From Callorhinchus milii (Eukaryota), in assembly GCF_018977255.1 (NCBI RefSeq), contig NW_024704742.1, positions 84,508,001 to 84,572,000 of the forward strand: a stretch of 64,000 bases of DNA. Reading direction: 5' to 3'. Below, one piece after another: positions 24,238 to 36,925 of this stretch. Position numbers and translations under genes: made by a program. Under the pieces are notes generated by a model. That model was not told the DNA's origin, searched no databases, and saw only the letters and a list, made by a program, of their open reading frames with translations. The stretch's first letter is position 1. Each line of letters begins with the position of its first letter.

Positions 24238-25373
24238 CAAAATAGAAGCCCACGGTATCAAAGGGACAGCGGCAGCTAGGATACAGAACTGGCTGGGAGA
24301 CAGAAACAACAACAACAACAAGATTAAAGCAGAGAGTGGTGGTGAACTATTGTTTTCTATCTGGAGGGCAGTGTGCAGTGGTGTCGCCCAGGGGTCGGGA
24401 TTGGGGCCACTGCTGTTTTTGATCTATATAACTTGAGTATAGGGAGTACAATTTCCAAGTTTGCAGGTGACGCCAAGCGAGGAAAAGTAGTAAACAGTGA
24501 GGAGTATAGTCACAGACTGCACGAGGACACAGACAGACTGGGAAATGGGCCGACACGTGGAGATGAAGTTTAATGTGGAGAAATGTGAAGTGATGCATTT
24601 TGGGAGGAAGAATGAGGAGAGGCAATATACGCCGATGGTACAATCTTTAAAGGGGTGAAGGAACAGAGAGACCTGGGGGTCATATAAGTAAATCTTTGAA
24701 GGTGCGGGACAGGTAAAACTGTTAAAGAAGCACATCGGATACTAGGCTTTATAAATAGAGGCATAGAATACAAAAGTCAGGAAGTTATGATGAGCCTTTA
24801 TAAAGCACTGGTTAGACCTCAGCGAGAGACTGTGTTCAGTTCTGGGGCACTACACTTTAGGAAGGATGTCAAGGTATTGGAAAGGGTGCAAAAGAGATTT
24901 GCCAGGATGGTACCAGGAATGAGGGACTTCAGTTATCAGGAGAGGCTCGAGAAGCTAAGATTATTCTCCTTGGAATAGAGAAGGTTAAGAGGAAGTTAAT
25001 AGAAGTTTTCAAAATTATGAGGGGCTTCGATAGGAGAAACTATTTCCACTGGCGGGTGGGTCGGTAATCCAAGGGCACCGATTTTAAATAGTTGTTAAAA
25101 TAAACAGAGGGGAGGTGAGGAGAAATTGAGATGAGGAGCGAGTTGTTCAGATCTGGAATGCATTGCCTGAAAGGGTGGTGGAAGCTGATTCGATAACAAC
25201 TTTTAAGAGAAAAGTGATAATTATTTGGGGAGGACAAGTTTGCAGGGCTATGGGGAGAGCGCAGGGGAAGTGGGATTGATTTGGATAGCTCTTTACAAAG
25301 AGCCGGCACAGACACGATGGGCTGAATGGCCTCCTTCTGTGCTGTATAATTCTATGGTTTCTATGGTTCTATG
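24238..25373 (+). mobile_element. 5'-truncated CR1 nested in a SINE 3' tail (SINE about 24198-24237 plus 25374-25432)
   Basis: KIEAHGIKG, GVAQGSGLGPLLF, KFAGDAK, KFNVEKCEVMHFG and LERVQKRF..RLFSLE motifs; tail of ttctatgg repeats; the SINE tail resumes immediately after. Confidence 0.93.
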
Positions 25374-25906
25374 GTCTCAATAACCTGATAAGGCATTGTA
25401 TCAAATGCAAGGATTATTATTATTATTATTATAACCTTGAGAATGCCCAAAATGACAGCAGAGATTCAGTACAGAATATGGATTATTGGTAGAAAGGTGA
25501 TCCACAGTGGTACTGTGAACATCCATTGTGTCAGCCTGGAGGGAGAAATCTAAGGAGTCTGGCAGGGAAGAGATTATCCTATCCTACGGTTTATCCTACT
25601 GACCATTTGATGTTTAGCACTTTAGATTTAGACCATTATGAATTGAAATGAACTGAATCAAACATACAAATCAGCTTGAATGTTCATCCTACGTCCTATT
25701 GCATTCATTCCTCATGTCGGCGGTGATCCCTGCATTTGACCAGGAATTCAACCCCCACTTCTTCACCAGGCAGGAGACAAACCTTGATATTCAATGGGTT
25801 TCACCCTGATAGGAACCCAAATTATTTTTCAAAATGCTGCAGTCAAAGGCTATTCAATCAGAACATTTCTAGTTTTTTCTTTTCTAGCTTTTATATAGGT
25901 TTTTAA

Positions 25907-25939
25907 AGGAAGGAAGGAAGGAAGGAAGGAAGGAAGGAA
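25907..25939 (+). repeat. (GGAA)n microsatellite
   Basis: About 8 perfect GGAA units. Confidence 0.95.
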
Positions 25940-26084
25940 CAAGAAGGTGGACATACATCTCTCATGTGGACATGTGTCCTCTATCAAGGTCTAATGCTTT
26001 ACAATTATCTACATTCCATTCCTTATTCCATTCATCTCGCAGAGCTGGTGCAGAACAGCTAATCCTGACTAGACATCAAACCTT

Positions 26085-26690
26085 ACATGAGAGTTCTCAT
26101 TCGTTCTGCTTTCCCTCACCTCTGCAACATCGCCCACCTTCACCTCTACTGAGACCCTCATCTATGCCTTAATCTACTCCAGAATTGAATGCTTCAAACC
26201 CTGATTTCTAGACTCCATAAATCCTCCCTATACTACCTGCATACCATCCACAACTCTGTAGGCCACATCCTCTCCTGCAGGCTCTGCAAATCTATCACCC
26301 CATCATCTGACCCTTTTATGTCAAGCACACATCCCTGCCTCCATTCCTATGGGCTTGAGTATTCTTGAGATAAAACTCAAAAGCAATCCTGGGAGTGCTA
26401 ACTTATCAGAGTTACCAAGCATCAAGTTGCATTCCTTCATTCTGCTCAATGAAGGCATATCAGTACCACTGGTTCCTCATCTTCCAGGGAATCAAATACA
26501 CGATTCTTGTCCTCAGCTTCAAATGCCTCCCCTGCACTCACCCCATCCTCCCTCTGTGACCTCCAGCAATCCTACTTCTTCTGCGACTCCCTCCACTCAG
26601 CAAACACCAGCTAGCTTAACATGCCTGCCGCTTCCGCCCCACCATTGGTGGGCGAGCATTCAGTCAGTCCACCCCTTGCTCTCTGGAACC
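26085..26690 (+). mobile_element. Highly decayed L2 3' region, interrupted
   Basis: tctgctttccctcacctctgcaacatcgccc and ccgccccaccattggtgggcgagcattcag match the younger L2 copies in the window. Confidence 0.65.
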
Positions 26691-27294
26691 CATCCAGCAG
26701 CAATTTGCAAATAGCAATGTCCCACAAAAGCCATAAAGTGAATGACCAATTTTATCTATGGAGACAGATTGTTAGGCATGTTTACAGCTGAAGGGAATGA
26801 AGAGTATGGGAGTAACAAAACCCACATAAGAGACGTAAGGACGAGATGCTCGAATTCACATCGCAATCTGGAGACTGTTACAGGACATCAGGAGTTGAGG
26901 AAATAATTGTATAATTATTTCCTCTGAGGCCAATAATTTCACTGGCTTGTGATGAAAATGTTTCAGTGAGATGCTTAGCCAAATTAGACGTTTTGCTGGG
27001 TTTGCGCCATTCACTTGGAAACAAATGTCTTGTTTGTACTATAACTTTGCTCAGTGAAGGAATGCAGACTTCCGGTAGAAGCAGGCTATCTGATATGAAA
27101 ATGAATGCTTTCAACAGGTGTCAGGCCTCAGAGATCTGGGGAAATGGGAGTAAACCGAGAGGAATGTAGACAACATTTTCTCTTCCAGGCCTGTAACCTC
27201 CTCCTATACTCTTCACAAACAACACACAGTTTTTCCATAGACAAAACTTGCCGAGAAGAAAAAAAATCTGGCACAGGAAACAGGAAACAGAAAG

Positions 27295-27600
27295 AAATAA
27301 CTTGCATTTTTACAGCACATTATCATGTCAAAGAGCTTCACAAATACGTACCTTTTTGGAGCCAAGAGCAGGAGACATTTGCACAAGCAATATCCCACAA
27401 GCAGCTATGAATTGAATGACTAATTCATCAGACTGTTGGCCAGGACACCAGGAGGCAAACTCCTTTCTCTGTTTGAATAGTGCCATGGGATCTTTAACAT
27501 CCACCTGGATAGGCAAACAGGGTCTCGGTTTAACCTCTCAGCTGAAGAATGTCAACTCTGATAATTTAGCAATCCCAGCATTGCATTGGAGTTTTATCTA
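27295..27600 (-). mobile_element. Older Deu-SINE
   Basis: Reverse complement of the Deu core (gaatagtgccatgggatctttaacatccacctg) plus tail. Confidence 0.75.
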
Positions 27601-27864
27601 ATTGAAAGTAGAAAGTTCTGTGGGATCGATGATCCCCCAAAAAATAAAATGTAATCTTTGCAGGAACGCTAATTCTTTTCAATTAAAAAAAGGCTGAAAA
27701 GTTTTAAATCAAGTTTAAACAGAATATTTTCAAACTGTGATTTTGTGATGATCAAAATTTAAGTCAGGTTGTCTTCCTCCTGAGACCCTCAACCTTGTGA
27801 GAATCTTTTATTATAAATCTCGGGATGCCTTTCAGATAACATGACTTCCGACCTCCCTACCTCG

Positions 27865-28400
27865 CATGTCCTCACACCTCCCTACCTTTCTGATCTGCTT
27901 ACCACCCACTCTACCACTCGGTACCTCCACTCAGATGTCTCCGGCCTCCTGATTGTCCCTCATCCACTCCGCTCGACTAACAGCGGCCGTGCCTTCAGCC
28001 ACTATGCCCTGAAACTCTGGAACTCATGTACTCAATTCCCCGGCCTTGCCCCTTCATCTCCCCCATCTCTCTCCCACTGGCTCGTTGTCAGACTCCACCA
28101 CTGTCAAGTGCTGCAGAATGCTACCCCGTGTAATGGGCTCTATATAAATGCAACTTGTTGTTGTTGTTGAATGACCTATATTATCTGAGGGATTGTTGGC
28201 AAAGTGCCATGGGATCTTTAACATTCACCTGAACAGGCCGACAGGACCTTGGTTTTGTGTCTCATATAAAGGATGGCACCTCCAACGATGCACTACAGTC
28301 CTAGCACTTCACTGGAGTATCAGCCTAGACTACATTCAAAACCTGGGGCTTGTACCTACAGCCTTCTGCTTCAGAGGTAACTGAGCCAGGCTGACACACA
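27865..28400. mobile_element. L2 3' end (+, to about 28170, second L2 tail type) abutting a Deu-SINE 5' half (-)
   Basis: PPYLSDLL..SGRAFSHYA.KLWNS and tail tatataaatgcaacttgttgttg, then gtgccatgggatctttaacattcacctg..ctgagccaggctgacac. Confidence 0.75.
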
Positions 28401-30595
28401 ACCTGTTAATTCATAGTAAACAGTAAACTTCTTCTCTTAGCCCAGTAGTGGCCAACTTTTATGGAAGATCAACAAAATACATTTTCTTGATTGAATATTT
28501 CTTCATTTTTGCCATAAAGGAGATACTGTTAACTGGATTGACTGTGTATTGTGTGGATGAAACCAGCAGCCAGTTACAAACAGCAGTGTCCCACAAACAG
28601 TCGTGGAGCAAGCAATCAATTTTATTTGGGGGATTTTCAGCTTAGATACTGGAAGAGATTGAAATATTGTTGAAAAAACTCACAAATATCATTTAAAAAT
28701 AAACACACAAGTGCCAGCATTATACAGGAAATCCAAAGCATATCAAGGCACCAGGAACACACATAATAATACTCTATTTCACAAAATTGCCCTTTAATCT
28801 AGTTCAACCTAATGATTAGAAACCATCCAGGGATAGCCATAATTCACAATTTAAAGCTAACTCGTCAACAGTAGAACACATCTTTATTGTTAACACCCTA
28901 AATTATTCAAGTCTTGGTAGCAATCGCTGCCTCTGTTCAAATTTTAAATAGAAGGTAGTTTATCCCAATGTCTTGGCCAACAATCCCCTAAATAATATTT
29001 TCATTCACTTCATGCCTGTCTGCGGGACATTGCTGTGTACAAATTGACTGCTGCGTTCACCCACAGTTTGCACACAGTCACACCACTTTATAGTAAGTCC
29101 TGTGAAGCACTTTGCGATGTTTTGATGAAGTGATAAAGCCCTGCATCAAATACAAGAAATATTATGTTATTATTTTTTGTATTTCCAGAAGGAAATCCAT
29201 CAAATATATTTCAATTACCTGCTTGTTTTAACAGTAGACACCAGTACATTTATGTCTATACATTTTTGTTTAAAAAATCTAAACGATTGTGTCTGCTTTG
29301 TGAATGCTATTGTCAGTAAAGCAAACATTCCCAGCTCTGCATTGGCTAAGCAATTCCTCGCTGTGCTGAGACAATGTGTATGATCAGATCATGTTATATG
29401 ATCAGCCACATATAAATTCTTACCTTTTACACTTAAGTTTAGAATAGATTTAAACACATATATGGACTCGCACTCCTGCCCCAGATTTCAGTGCTTGGTA
29501 ATTTAGGTAAATAATTAATTAACTTCTGTGTTTTATCTGCTCGCTCACTTTGTCTCTACCTCTGCTGGAATGGGTGCTACAAGTGCTGACAGTTTTACCC
29601 ACAGCATTTCTAATGAGCATATTGTATGGCGTTACTGAGCAACAACAGCTGCTGTGAAAGTTTAACGTGTGTTCACCTAACTCGGATTGTAGACATTCAG
29701 CAGAAAAATGTTGCCTCTGTCGCTCCTTTTTAACCCTCACCATCCTGGCCTTCTCACCACTTGGAGTTACTTCCTTCCCTTCCTGCCAAATAAACCATTG
29801 TTACATCTCGGCCTGTGTAACAGACCAAAACTTTTAAGAGTTGATAATCAGGGCCCAAAGGTCATTGATCTGGTCCCAGAATGTTAACAGCTCCAGGCGA
29901 GAGTGTGACACAGGAACAGGAGTAACCCCTTCACCCCCTTCAGCCTGTTCCACCATTCTATGAGATCATAGCTGATCAACCCCATTCGATTCCCTTAGCT
30001 AACCAATGTCTATCAATCTCAGCCAGATTGGCTGCCAGTTTTGCCTACAAATAGTCAGGGGACTTAAAAGCAATTACCTGTAAAGTGTTTGCAGATTTAT
30101 AAGCACTATCAAAGGCAAGGATTATTATTAAATCAGAACTTGACAATTTGTGGTCTATGTCACAAAGACATGAATATTAAAAACGATTGCTTTCCCAATG
30201 ACGGCCCCTATTGTGACACAGATCAAAATCCCAGGTTCAATTGCCAGTCTGGGCCGAGCTATCAGGTCTCATTTGGACGAGAAGGTCAGGGCACTACAAT
30301 TGGCTTCGGCTCTTCTGAACTTGGAAGGGGAAAATTAAAGTAAACATCAGCTCTGCTTCCCACTCTTAATCACTACCAAGCGACCATACCCCACCCCAAC
30401 TCCCCCACCTCAAAATTGTATGTGTGTCTGTCTGCACCAATACAAACAACAACTTGTATCAATATAGTCTTCTTCATGTAAGACAGCATCCCTATCGCTG
30501 CCCAATGATAGGGTTGGGCTGAGGCGAAGAGAGAGGTGAACATTAGGCACAATCAAAAAAGTAAGTCCATTCAATAGCAATCCTATTATTACTAA

Positions 30596-30680
30596 TACAG
30601 TAAACTCTGGATGACTCATCGCTCCAAGGGAAAGGGGTCCAGTGATGAGTCATCAGATATGGCGAGTTAGGTGTAGGTCC
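30596..30680 (+). mobile_element. Possible Tc1/pogo (Tigger-like) terminus with internal inverted repeat
   Basis: TA|CAGTAAACTCT start, and gatgactcatcgct..agtgatgagtcatc hairpin. Confidence 0.4.
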
Positions 30681-31700
30681 TCTCTCTGGCCACAGGGGGC
30701 CCTGTGAGCATGTACAACAGCAACAACAACTTGCAATTATAAAGCGCCCTTCATGCTGGATGGTGTCTCAGAGCGCTATACACCAACACACACTGGGCCT
30801 GCGCAGATACTGTCAGTGTGACGGAGCGGCCCTGGCCCCTGCAACTGTCAGATTATTTGTTAAAACTTATTTAATTTTAAGGGTATAAGTATAAATTTAT
30901 TTGTTAGAACGTATGCTCCCAGGCTCCTCGGCACTGCTCTCTCTCGCTCACTCCGCTAGCATCCACTCGCCATAGATGTTGCATCTAAGCATGTGCGTCC
31001 AACTTCCGCTAAGCACCTGCACCAGTCACAGGATAGGATGGGAGGCCTCTGCTATGAAACATGCCATCTTATAGGACAAGGACAACTTATAGGATCAATT
31101 TGCATTGTAAGTACTTGCAAGAATTTCTAGAATACGATGAGTTATGTTAAACAGAGTGACAAGTAAAGCTGAGTCCCTTATTAATATTTTTGGGAAGCAG
31201 CTGGGATATTGACGACGTACAACTTAAATGATAGTGGAGTTATCTGGAGTTCACTGTATTAATACTATTAATTTAATTCAACACCAATACCATTCCCAGC
31301 ACACATCATTGCTTTCAACAGTGGAGGAGAAAGGGAAGAAAGGCTTGCTTTGAGTGGAACTCTCCACAGTCCCTTGACGACAAAGATTCATTTGTATAAA
31401 TGTATTTGGTATTTGTGCTTGCATTAAGGTATGGGTCTGATTACTGCTCAGGTTGAGAATTTGGCTGTGGATGTCCTTTAGCAAAGAACAATTAAGGTCA
31501 CTTTTACAGAATCTAAACTCTCGGTATGACTCATTCAAATTACTGTAGCATTCTGATGCTTTTATACGTTGCTTTACTCTTTGGTCTTGCTAGTTCTAAG
31601 ATTTTTTAAAAAACCTTGTCTAGCAATGTCTCACAGTATAAAGAAAACTGTTCGGATCTATAGTGGCATCACTCTAGGGATAGGAGATACAATGGGTTGA

Positions 31701-31860
31701 TTTTGCGGTATTTCTTAATTAAGAAACCCGAGTTTGGACACTGTCCAACCAATGGAAATGCATCACGCAAATCATTTGAACTTGAGGAACTGTGCTCCAA
31801 AAACTAGACTGGAACAACATTCCTGCATCACGGATTTTTTAATTAAGAAATAATGCAAAA
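31701..31860. mobile_element. MITE-like element, 160 bp with 30-bp imperfect terminal inverted repeats
   Basis: 31701-31730 against the reverse complement of 31831-31860 is 26/30 identical. Confidence 0.65.
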
Positions 31861-32246
31861 AGGCTGATTTGCTTCCCAGGCTGTACATCTCGGAGCCAGG
31901 ATTTCTGAGGCCTCCAACTTTTTTACGAGAAAGCCCTGATCAAATCATCCCACCTCAGGGAGTCACAGTAGGGAATGGTTACGTTGGAGGAATCGAAGAT
32001 ACAACAATCCCACAGGCAGCTACAGTAAACACACCCCAATGTTGCTTCATTTTTAAACAGAACATTTTATTGGTTTTCTTCTTCAGATTCTCAGTGTACA
32101 ATCAAACAAAACCTAACTTGGCAGCAACTGTGAGGAACATATAATTAAGCAGTCATAAAAGGCTTGTCATTGGTTTGGTACAAATGATATCATCTGCATT
32201 CCTGTAGGTTGAGGTGACAGATAGAGCACCCACAGTACATCATAGC

Positions 32247-32405
32247 AATAATAATAATCCTTGCATTTGATATAGCGCTTTTCACGTCTTCTAGTCATCT
32301 CGCAGTGTCCCACAAACAGTCAAGGATTGAGAATGCCAATTTATTATTGTTTTGTTAACCAGGTGTCTCGCTTGCGAGGCAAGTGCTCTAACCACTGAGC
32401 TACAG
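32247..32405 (-). mobile_element. Internally deleted mini-SINE (head, mid and tail pieces)
   Basis: ctgtagctcagtggttagagcacttgcc head, tgtttgtgggacac mid-piece and gacgtgaaaagcgctatatcaaatgcaaggattatt tail in about 160 bp. Confidence 0.8.
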
Positions 32406-33208
32406 ATTATGTTAGGTAGCACAGACTTCATTCTCTGGGGGAGCTGAGATTCAGATCACTGCTTAAGAACTCTGGGGTAACAATTCTGTTGAAGGTCATG
32501 TGTAGCTCCTTTGGTGACAAAGCATATAATGGGAATTCCCATCCGTGGCCGACATCACCAAAGTTGCTGTGCCCGATGCTCATCTGAAGATTTATCCAAT
32601 GGACTCCTATTAAGTACTAATCCTGTGATATCATCCTACAGCTCAGACTGGCTAATTGCTGTGGTATTTCAGATGGCTGCTCCCCTTCAATATACTGTAT
32701 TGTAGCTGGCACATCAATACACTCTGTAAATTGTGTTCCCAGGTCACATACCCTGTATCGCATTATTTTTTGCAATCACCGACCTTGCTTGTAATAGTCT
32801 GGCAACTTGTTTCCCTTGCTTCATTTCCCAGCGAATAGGACAACATTGCAATCTGTTTCTGGGGCAATGTCATTACGTTCACACTGTATTTCACAGAACA
32901 TCCCTTGATAACTATTGAGGGATGTAGTTTGACACAGCCTAGCTTTGCTCACGTGCTCTGTAGTCAATACTGCTCAGTGTGCAACCAGTTCCAACAATGA
33001 CTCATAAAAGTTAATGACACTTCACATGGTACTGTATTAGTAAAGTTCATTTGATTTACCCCTATTTATTAACACATTTCTCTCCCTCTTCAGGACACTT
33101 TTCCCCAGCTACTTTTCCCCAAGTTACATTCTGCCCCTTTCTACCAGGTACAATTCAGGTTATTGGAAAGGCTTTGGAGACCTGACCAATTTCATCCAGT
33201 ATTCATAT

Positions 33209-33568
33209 GGAGTCACATAGTTTAGTGGTTAGCACGCTCACCTCGCAGTGGGAGGACCCAGGTTCAATTCCCAGGCAGGGTGAAACCTTAGGCAAGTTTC
33301 CTATTCCACACATCTCTATTTACCTAGCAGTAAGTAGGAACCCAGTTGTTAATCGATTGGTGGATCACTTTCCGGGGTTAATAATCCCTCCAAAAAAACT
33401 ATTTACTCAGTCCACGATTATTTGTGGGACACTGTGGTGCACAATTGGCTGCCGCGTTTCGCCCACAAATATGCAGTCAATCCACTTCACAATATATTCT
33501 GTGAAGCGCTTTGAGACATCTCAACGACATGATAAGGAGCTACATCAAATGCAAGGATTATTATTATA
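33209..33568 (+). mobile_element. tRNA SINE, long subfamily (extra segment of about 65 bp), older-type tail
   Basis: A and B boxes, tttacctagcagtaagtaggaa insert, tail ttgagacatctcaacgacatgataagg. Confidence 0.88.
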
Positions 33569-33894
33569 TGCATACACACCTTCCAAAAGTGGTTGCTAGG
33601 TTGCAGTTCGAGAGCAGGAACTCTCATTGAAGTCTTTCTTTGGTGGTAACTGGAAATTAGGCGCAGGTTATCAAGATCCTAGGCCTGAGTGATTCTTGAG
33701 TTTGCCATTGCAAACATTGTCGAGCAAGCTTTCCGCAGCTTGGTCAGCTAGGATCACCCTAGCTTTGCATTAACAGGAGTCAAGTGGGAAGAATCCCTGC
33801 TTCTCCAAGTCCTGCTGATATATCAGAATGGCTGATCCGTCATCAACAATGTCACGAGGCAGAAAAAAAACTAATCTAAAAATGGAACCAAGTG

Positions 33895-34099
33895 AAGTTG
33901 TTCCCTAATAAAATAATTTCCTTAACCTTTACTTCAATGGCAATGCTGCAGCTTGTAAGACTGTAATCTATGTGTTCAATCTGAACAAATATAATAATTA
34001 ACAAGGACTTTACACAGCACCTTTGTTGACTTATGTAAAAATATATACTCACATGTTTTAGTATATATTGAAATATTTGGGTGGTCAGGACAGAAGTTT
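33895..34099 (-). repeat. Unclassified repeat of about 200 bp, inverted copy of 8397-8597
   Basis: Near-identical core with an extra 10 nt or so. Confidence 0.88.
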
Positions 34100-34265
34100 T
34101 ATGATTGTGTCTCCTGGTTACAGACTCCCTAAACAGTGGAAACAACGTATTTATATTAACCTTATCAAATCCATTTATAATTTTAAACACTTCTATAAGG
34201 GATTCCCTTAAACGTTGCTTCTCTAGTGAAAAAAGGTCCAAACTAATCCAGTATATCCTGACAGC
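34097..34265 (-). mobile_element. CR1 ORF2 C-terminal fragment
   Basis: LDLFSLEKQRLRESLIEVFKIINGFDKV..LFPL..ESVTRRHNHK. Confidence 0.85.
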
Positions 34266-35141
34266 AGTAACTTGCCAGCTCTGATATCATCCTGGTATAT
34301 CTACAATGTGCAGGTATTACCCACAACCTTGTTTTTAACGCAATACAGCTGTATAGAGTACTTCTATGCAATGTAAAACCACGTTTCAATTCACATTACG
34401 TTGTATGCTTGGCGAATAACAGGGGAGAAGAAGTTGACACTTTAGTGATAGGAATGGCCCTTTTAATGCATAAAATAAATACCAACAGATAGCTTCCGTA
34501 ATAATAATAATAATAATAATAATAATCCTTGCATTTGATATTGGGATAATATAGAGACATCTCAAAGTGCTTCACAGGATACCCTGTAAAGTGGTTTTGA
34601 CTGTGTGTTTTGTGGACGAAACTTAAGCGCACAGAGTACTATTTATAATACTTTCTGCAGCAATTCAGGTGAATACACTTATCTCATTCAGCTTTTTCCA
34701 GGGATTTTCAGGTCGGTTTGGCATTTTGCCGCCATATTATTGACGCTTTGTGAGTTTTCAAAGCTCGCTTGAAGTAATTCCAAGATTCCATCGTTCACAT
34801 GAAATAATAGATTTGGGAAAGATGCCAAGAGTGAGATAAGGAGTTGGATTTCCTTGTTGCAAAATCTGAATTACGTTTAGGTGGATCTGGAGTAATAACA
34901 CTGCATTCTGTGTATTCTCAGAGGCTGGGGGTGGGGGGAGAGGAATACCAAACCTCAACGCTAATCCAGTAATCTCTAATTATAGAAAATTCTAAACCAA
35001 CAAAGTCAAAAGGACCCTGCGATTGAGAATGATGAAAGAGTGGAAAGTTTTGAAATGCCAAACAGACTTGACCATTGCTCTATTAATTGTTGGTAAGTAA
35101 TGAGCCTTTGTTTTGTGCAAAATTCATATTAAACACTTTGA

Positions 35142-35545
35142 AATAATCCCTCCAAAAAACAAAACAATAATAAATTGGTCATTTTCAATCCATGACTGTT
35201 TGTGGGACATTGCTGTGCGCAATTGGCTGCCACATTCGCCCACAAATATACAGTCAATTCACTTTACAGTATATTCTGTGAAGCGCTTTGGGACATCTAG
35301 AAGACGTGAAAAGCACTATATCAAATGCAAGGTTTATTATTATTATTTATTATAATCCCTTCACCACACACCCTCTCTTGCCTTCTTCAAGGCCAGTCTC
35401 AGGACCTTCCTCTTTGAATGTGCCTGAGGTCACCCTCCCACCCCCCAGCTCTCTTGCCCGCCATGCCACTTGATTCCAACCCCAGCTTGGGTGCAAACCA
35501 TTCGCTCTTCAGTACCTTGGGACGTCCTCCCGATGTGAAAGATGA
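35142..35545 (+). mobile_element. 5'-truncated SINE (to about 35355) followed by an L2 3' UTR fragment
   Basis: Standard SINE body and tail, then ccttcttcaagg..accttgggacgtcctcccgatgtgaaag. Confidence 0.85.
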
Positions 35546-36925
35546 CAACAACAAAATTACATTTGTAAAGCGCCTTTCACGTCGGAAGTCCCAAGGCTCT
35601 GAACCATCAAGGATCAGGTCCCAAGTGTAGGGTGGCAGGGTTGGGATGGGGGAAGGCAGAGAGGTAGGAGGGCGGCTGAAACCCTCATCTCAAGGTTCGA
35701 CTACGGAAACTCCCCCCTTGTCGGTCAAAAAGGAGGTTTCTTGAGTCATGCCTTGAAGGAGACAAGGTAAAGGGATTGTGGGATGGTGTTCCAACGAGTC
35801 TGAAATCCCGGCCGTCGATGGTAGAGGGTTTGGGCGGGAGACATGGAGCAGGCCGGAGCCTCCTGAACAGAGGGAGCGGCCAGGTTGATAGGGGCTCAGA
35901 GATCAGAGATATAGGAGGGGGCAAGGCTGTGAAGGCCCTTGAAAGTGAAGATGAAGATTTGAATTCTATCCTCTGGGGGATGGGGAGCCAGTGGAGCCGG
36001 GCGAGGGTGGGGATGATGGTGTCACGGAGCCTGGTGCGGGAGAGGACACGAGCTGCAGAATTCTGGATGATCTGCAGCTTGTGGAGGAAAGAGTGGGGGA
36101 GGCCGACAAGGAGGGAGTTTCCATAGTCGAGCCTTGAGGCGACGAATGCTTGAATGAGGGTTTCGGCGGCCTGAGGGTTGAGGCAGTGGCAGAATCGGTC
36201 AATGTTGAGGAGGTGAAGAAAGGCAGAGCAGGTCACGCCATGGATATGGGGGAGAAGGGACAGTTGAAGGTCAAACAAGATGCCCAGGTTCCTGACTGGC
36301 TTGGTGAGGTGGAGTGTGCATCCGTGGATCCTGATGCTGCCAGGGCCTGAGATGCGGAGGCGCTGGCACAAGCCAATCAGGAGAGCCTCAGTTTCCCTGA
36401 CATTCAGCTGTAGAAAGTTGGTTCTCATCCAGGACTTGATGTCAGACAGACAGTCTGTCAGTTGACCTGAAATTGAGGGTGGAGGCAGAGATAGAGTTGG
36501 GTGTCATTAATGTACATGTGGTAGTTGACCCCAAGTCTGCGGATGATGTCACCAAAGGGGAGCATGTGGAGATTGAAGAGGAGGGGACCGAAGACCGAGG
36601 ACAAGAGACTGTGCGGGGGCTGGAAGAGAAACCATTGGCGGAGACAAATTGGAGGTGGTGTGATAGATAAGACCTGAACCATTCAAGGACAGAACCTTGA
36701 AGGTTGAGGTGAGAGGAGAGGCGATGGAGGAGGATGGAGTGGTCCACGGTTTTGAAGGCAGCAGAGAGGTCGAGGAAGCAGAGGGGGCCCTGGTCATAGA
36801 TGGACAGGATGTCATTTATGACCTTGACCAGAGCAGTTTTCATGCTGTGAGCAGCACAGAAACCCATTTGGAGGGGCTTGTGAAGGGAGTGGTAGGAGAG
36901 GAAGGAGTGAAGCTGAGAAGCAAAG
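35545..36925 (-). mobile_element. 5'-truncated L2 with RT domain
   Basis: TALVKVINDIL, FLDLSAAFKTVDHSIL, FGPLLFNLHM, YHMYINDTQLY and SRLDYGNSLL motifs; tail present at 35545-35600. Confidence 0.95.

Noticed and set aside
31278..33000. Possible exons (ORFs at 31278-31538 and 32511-32918; likewise 51658-51945), for example of MPDZ
   Set aside because: No PDZ or other recognisable motif in the frames I translated and no convincing splice-site pairs. Small exons cannot be excluded without RNA data.
33876..34241. Paralogous small-protein pair with ORF 8339-8608
   Set aside because: The similarity comes from the DNA repeat. The N-termini are unrelated (one is CR1), the listed starts are non-ATG, and no splice support is seen.
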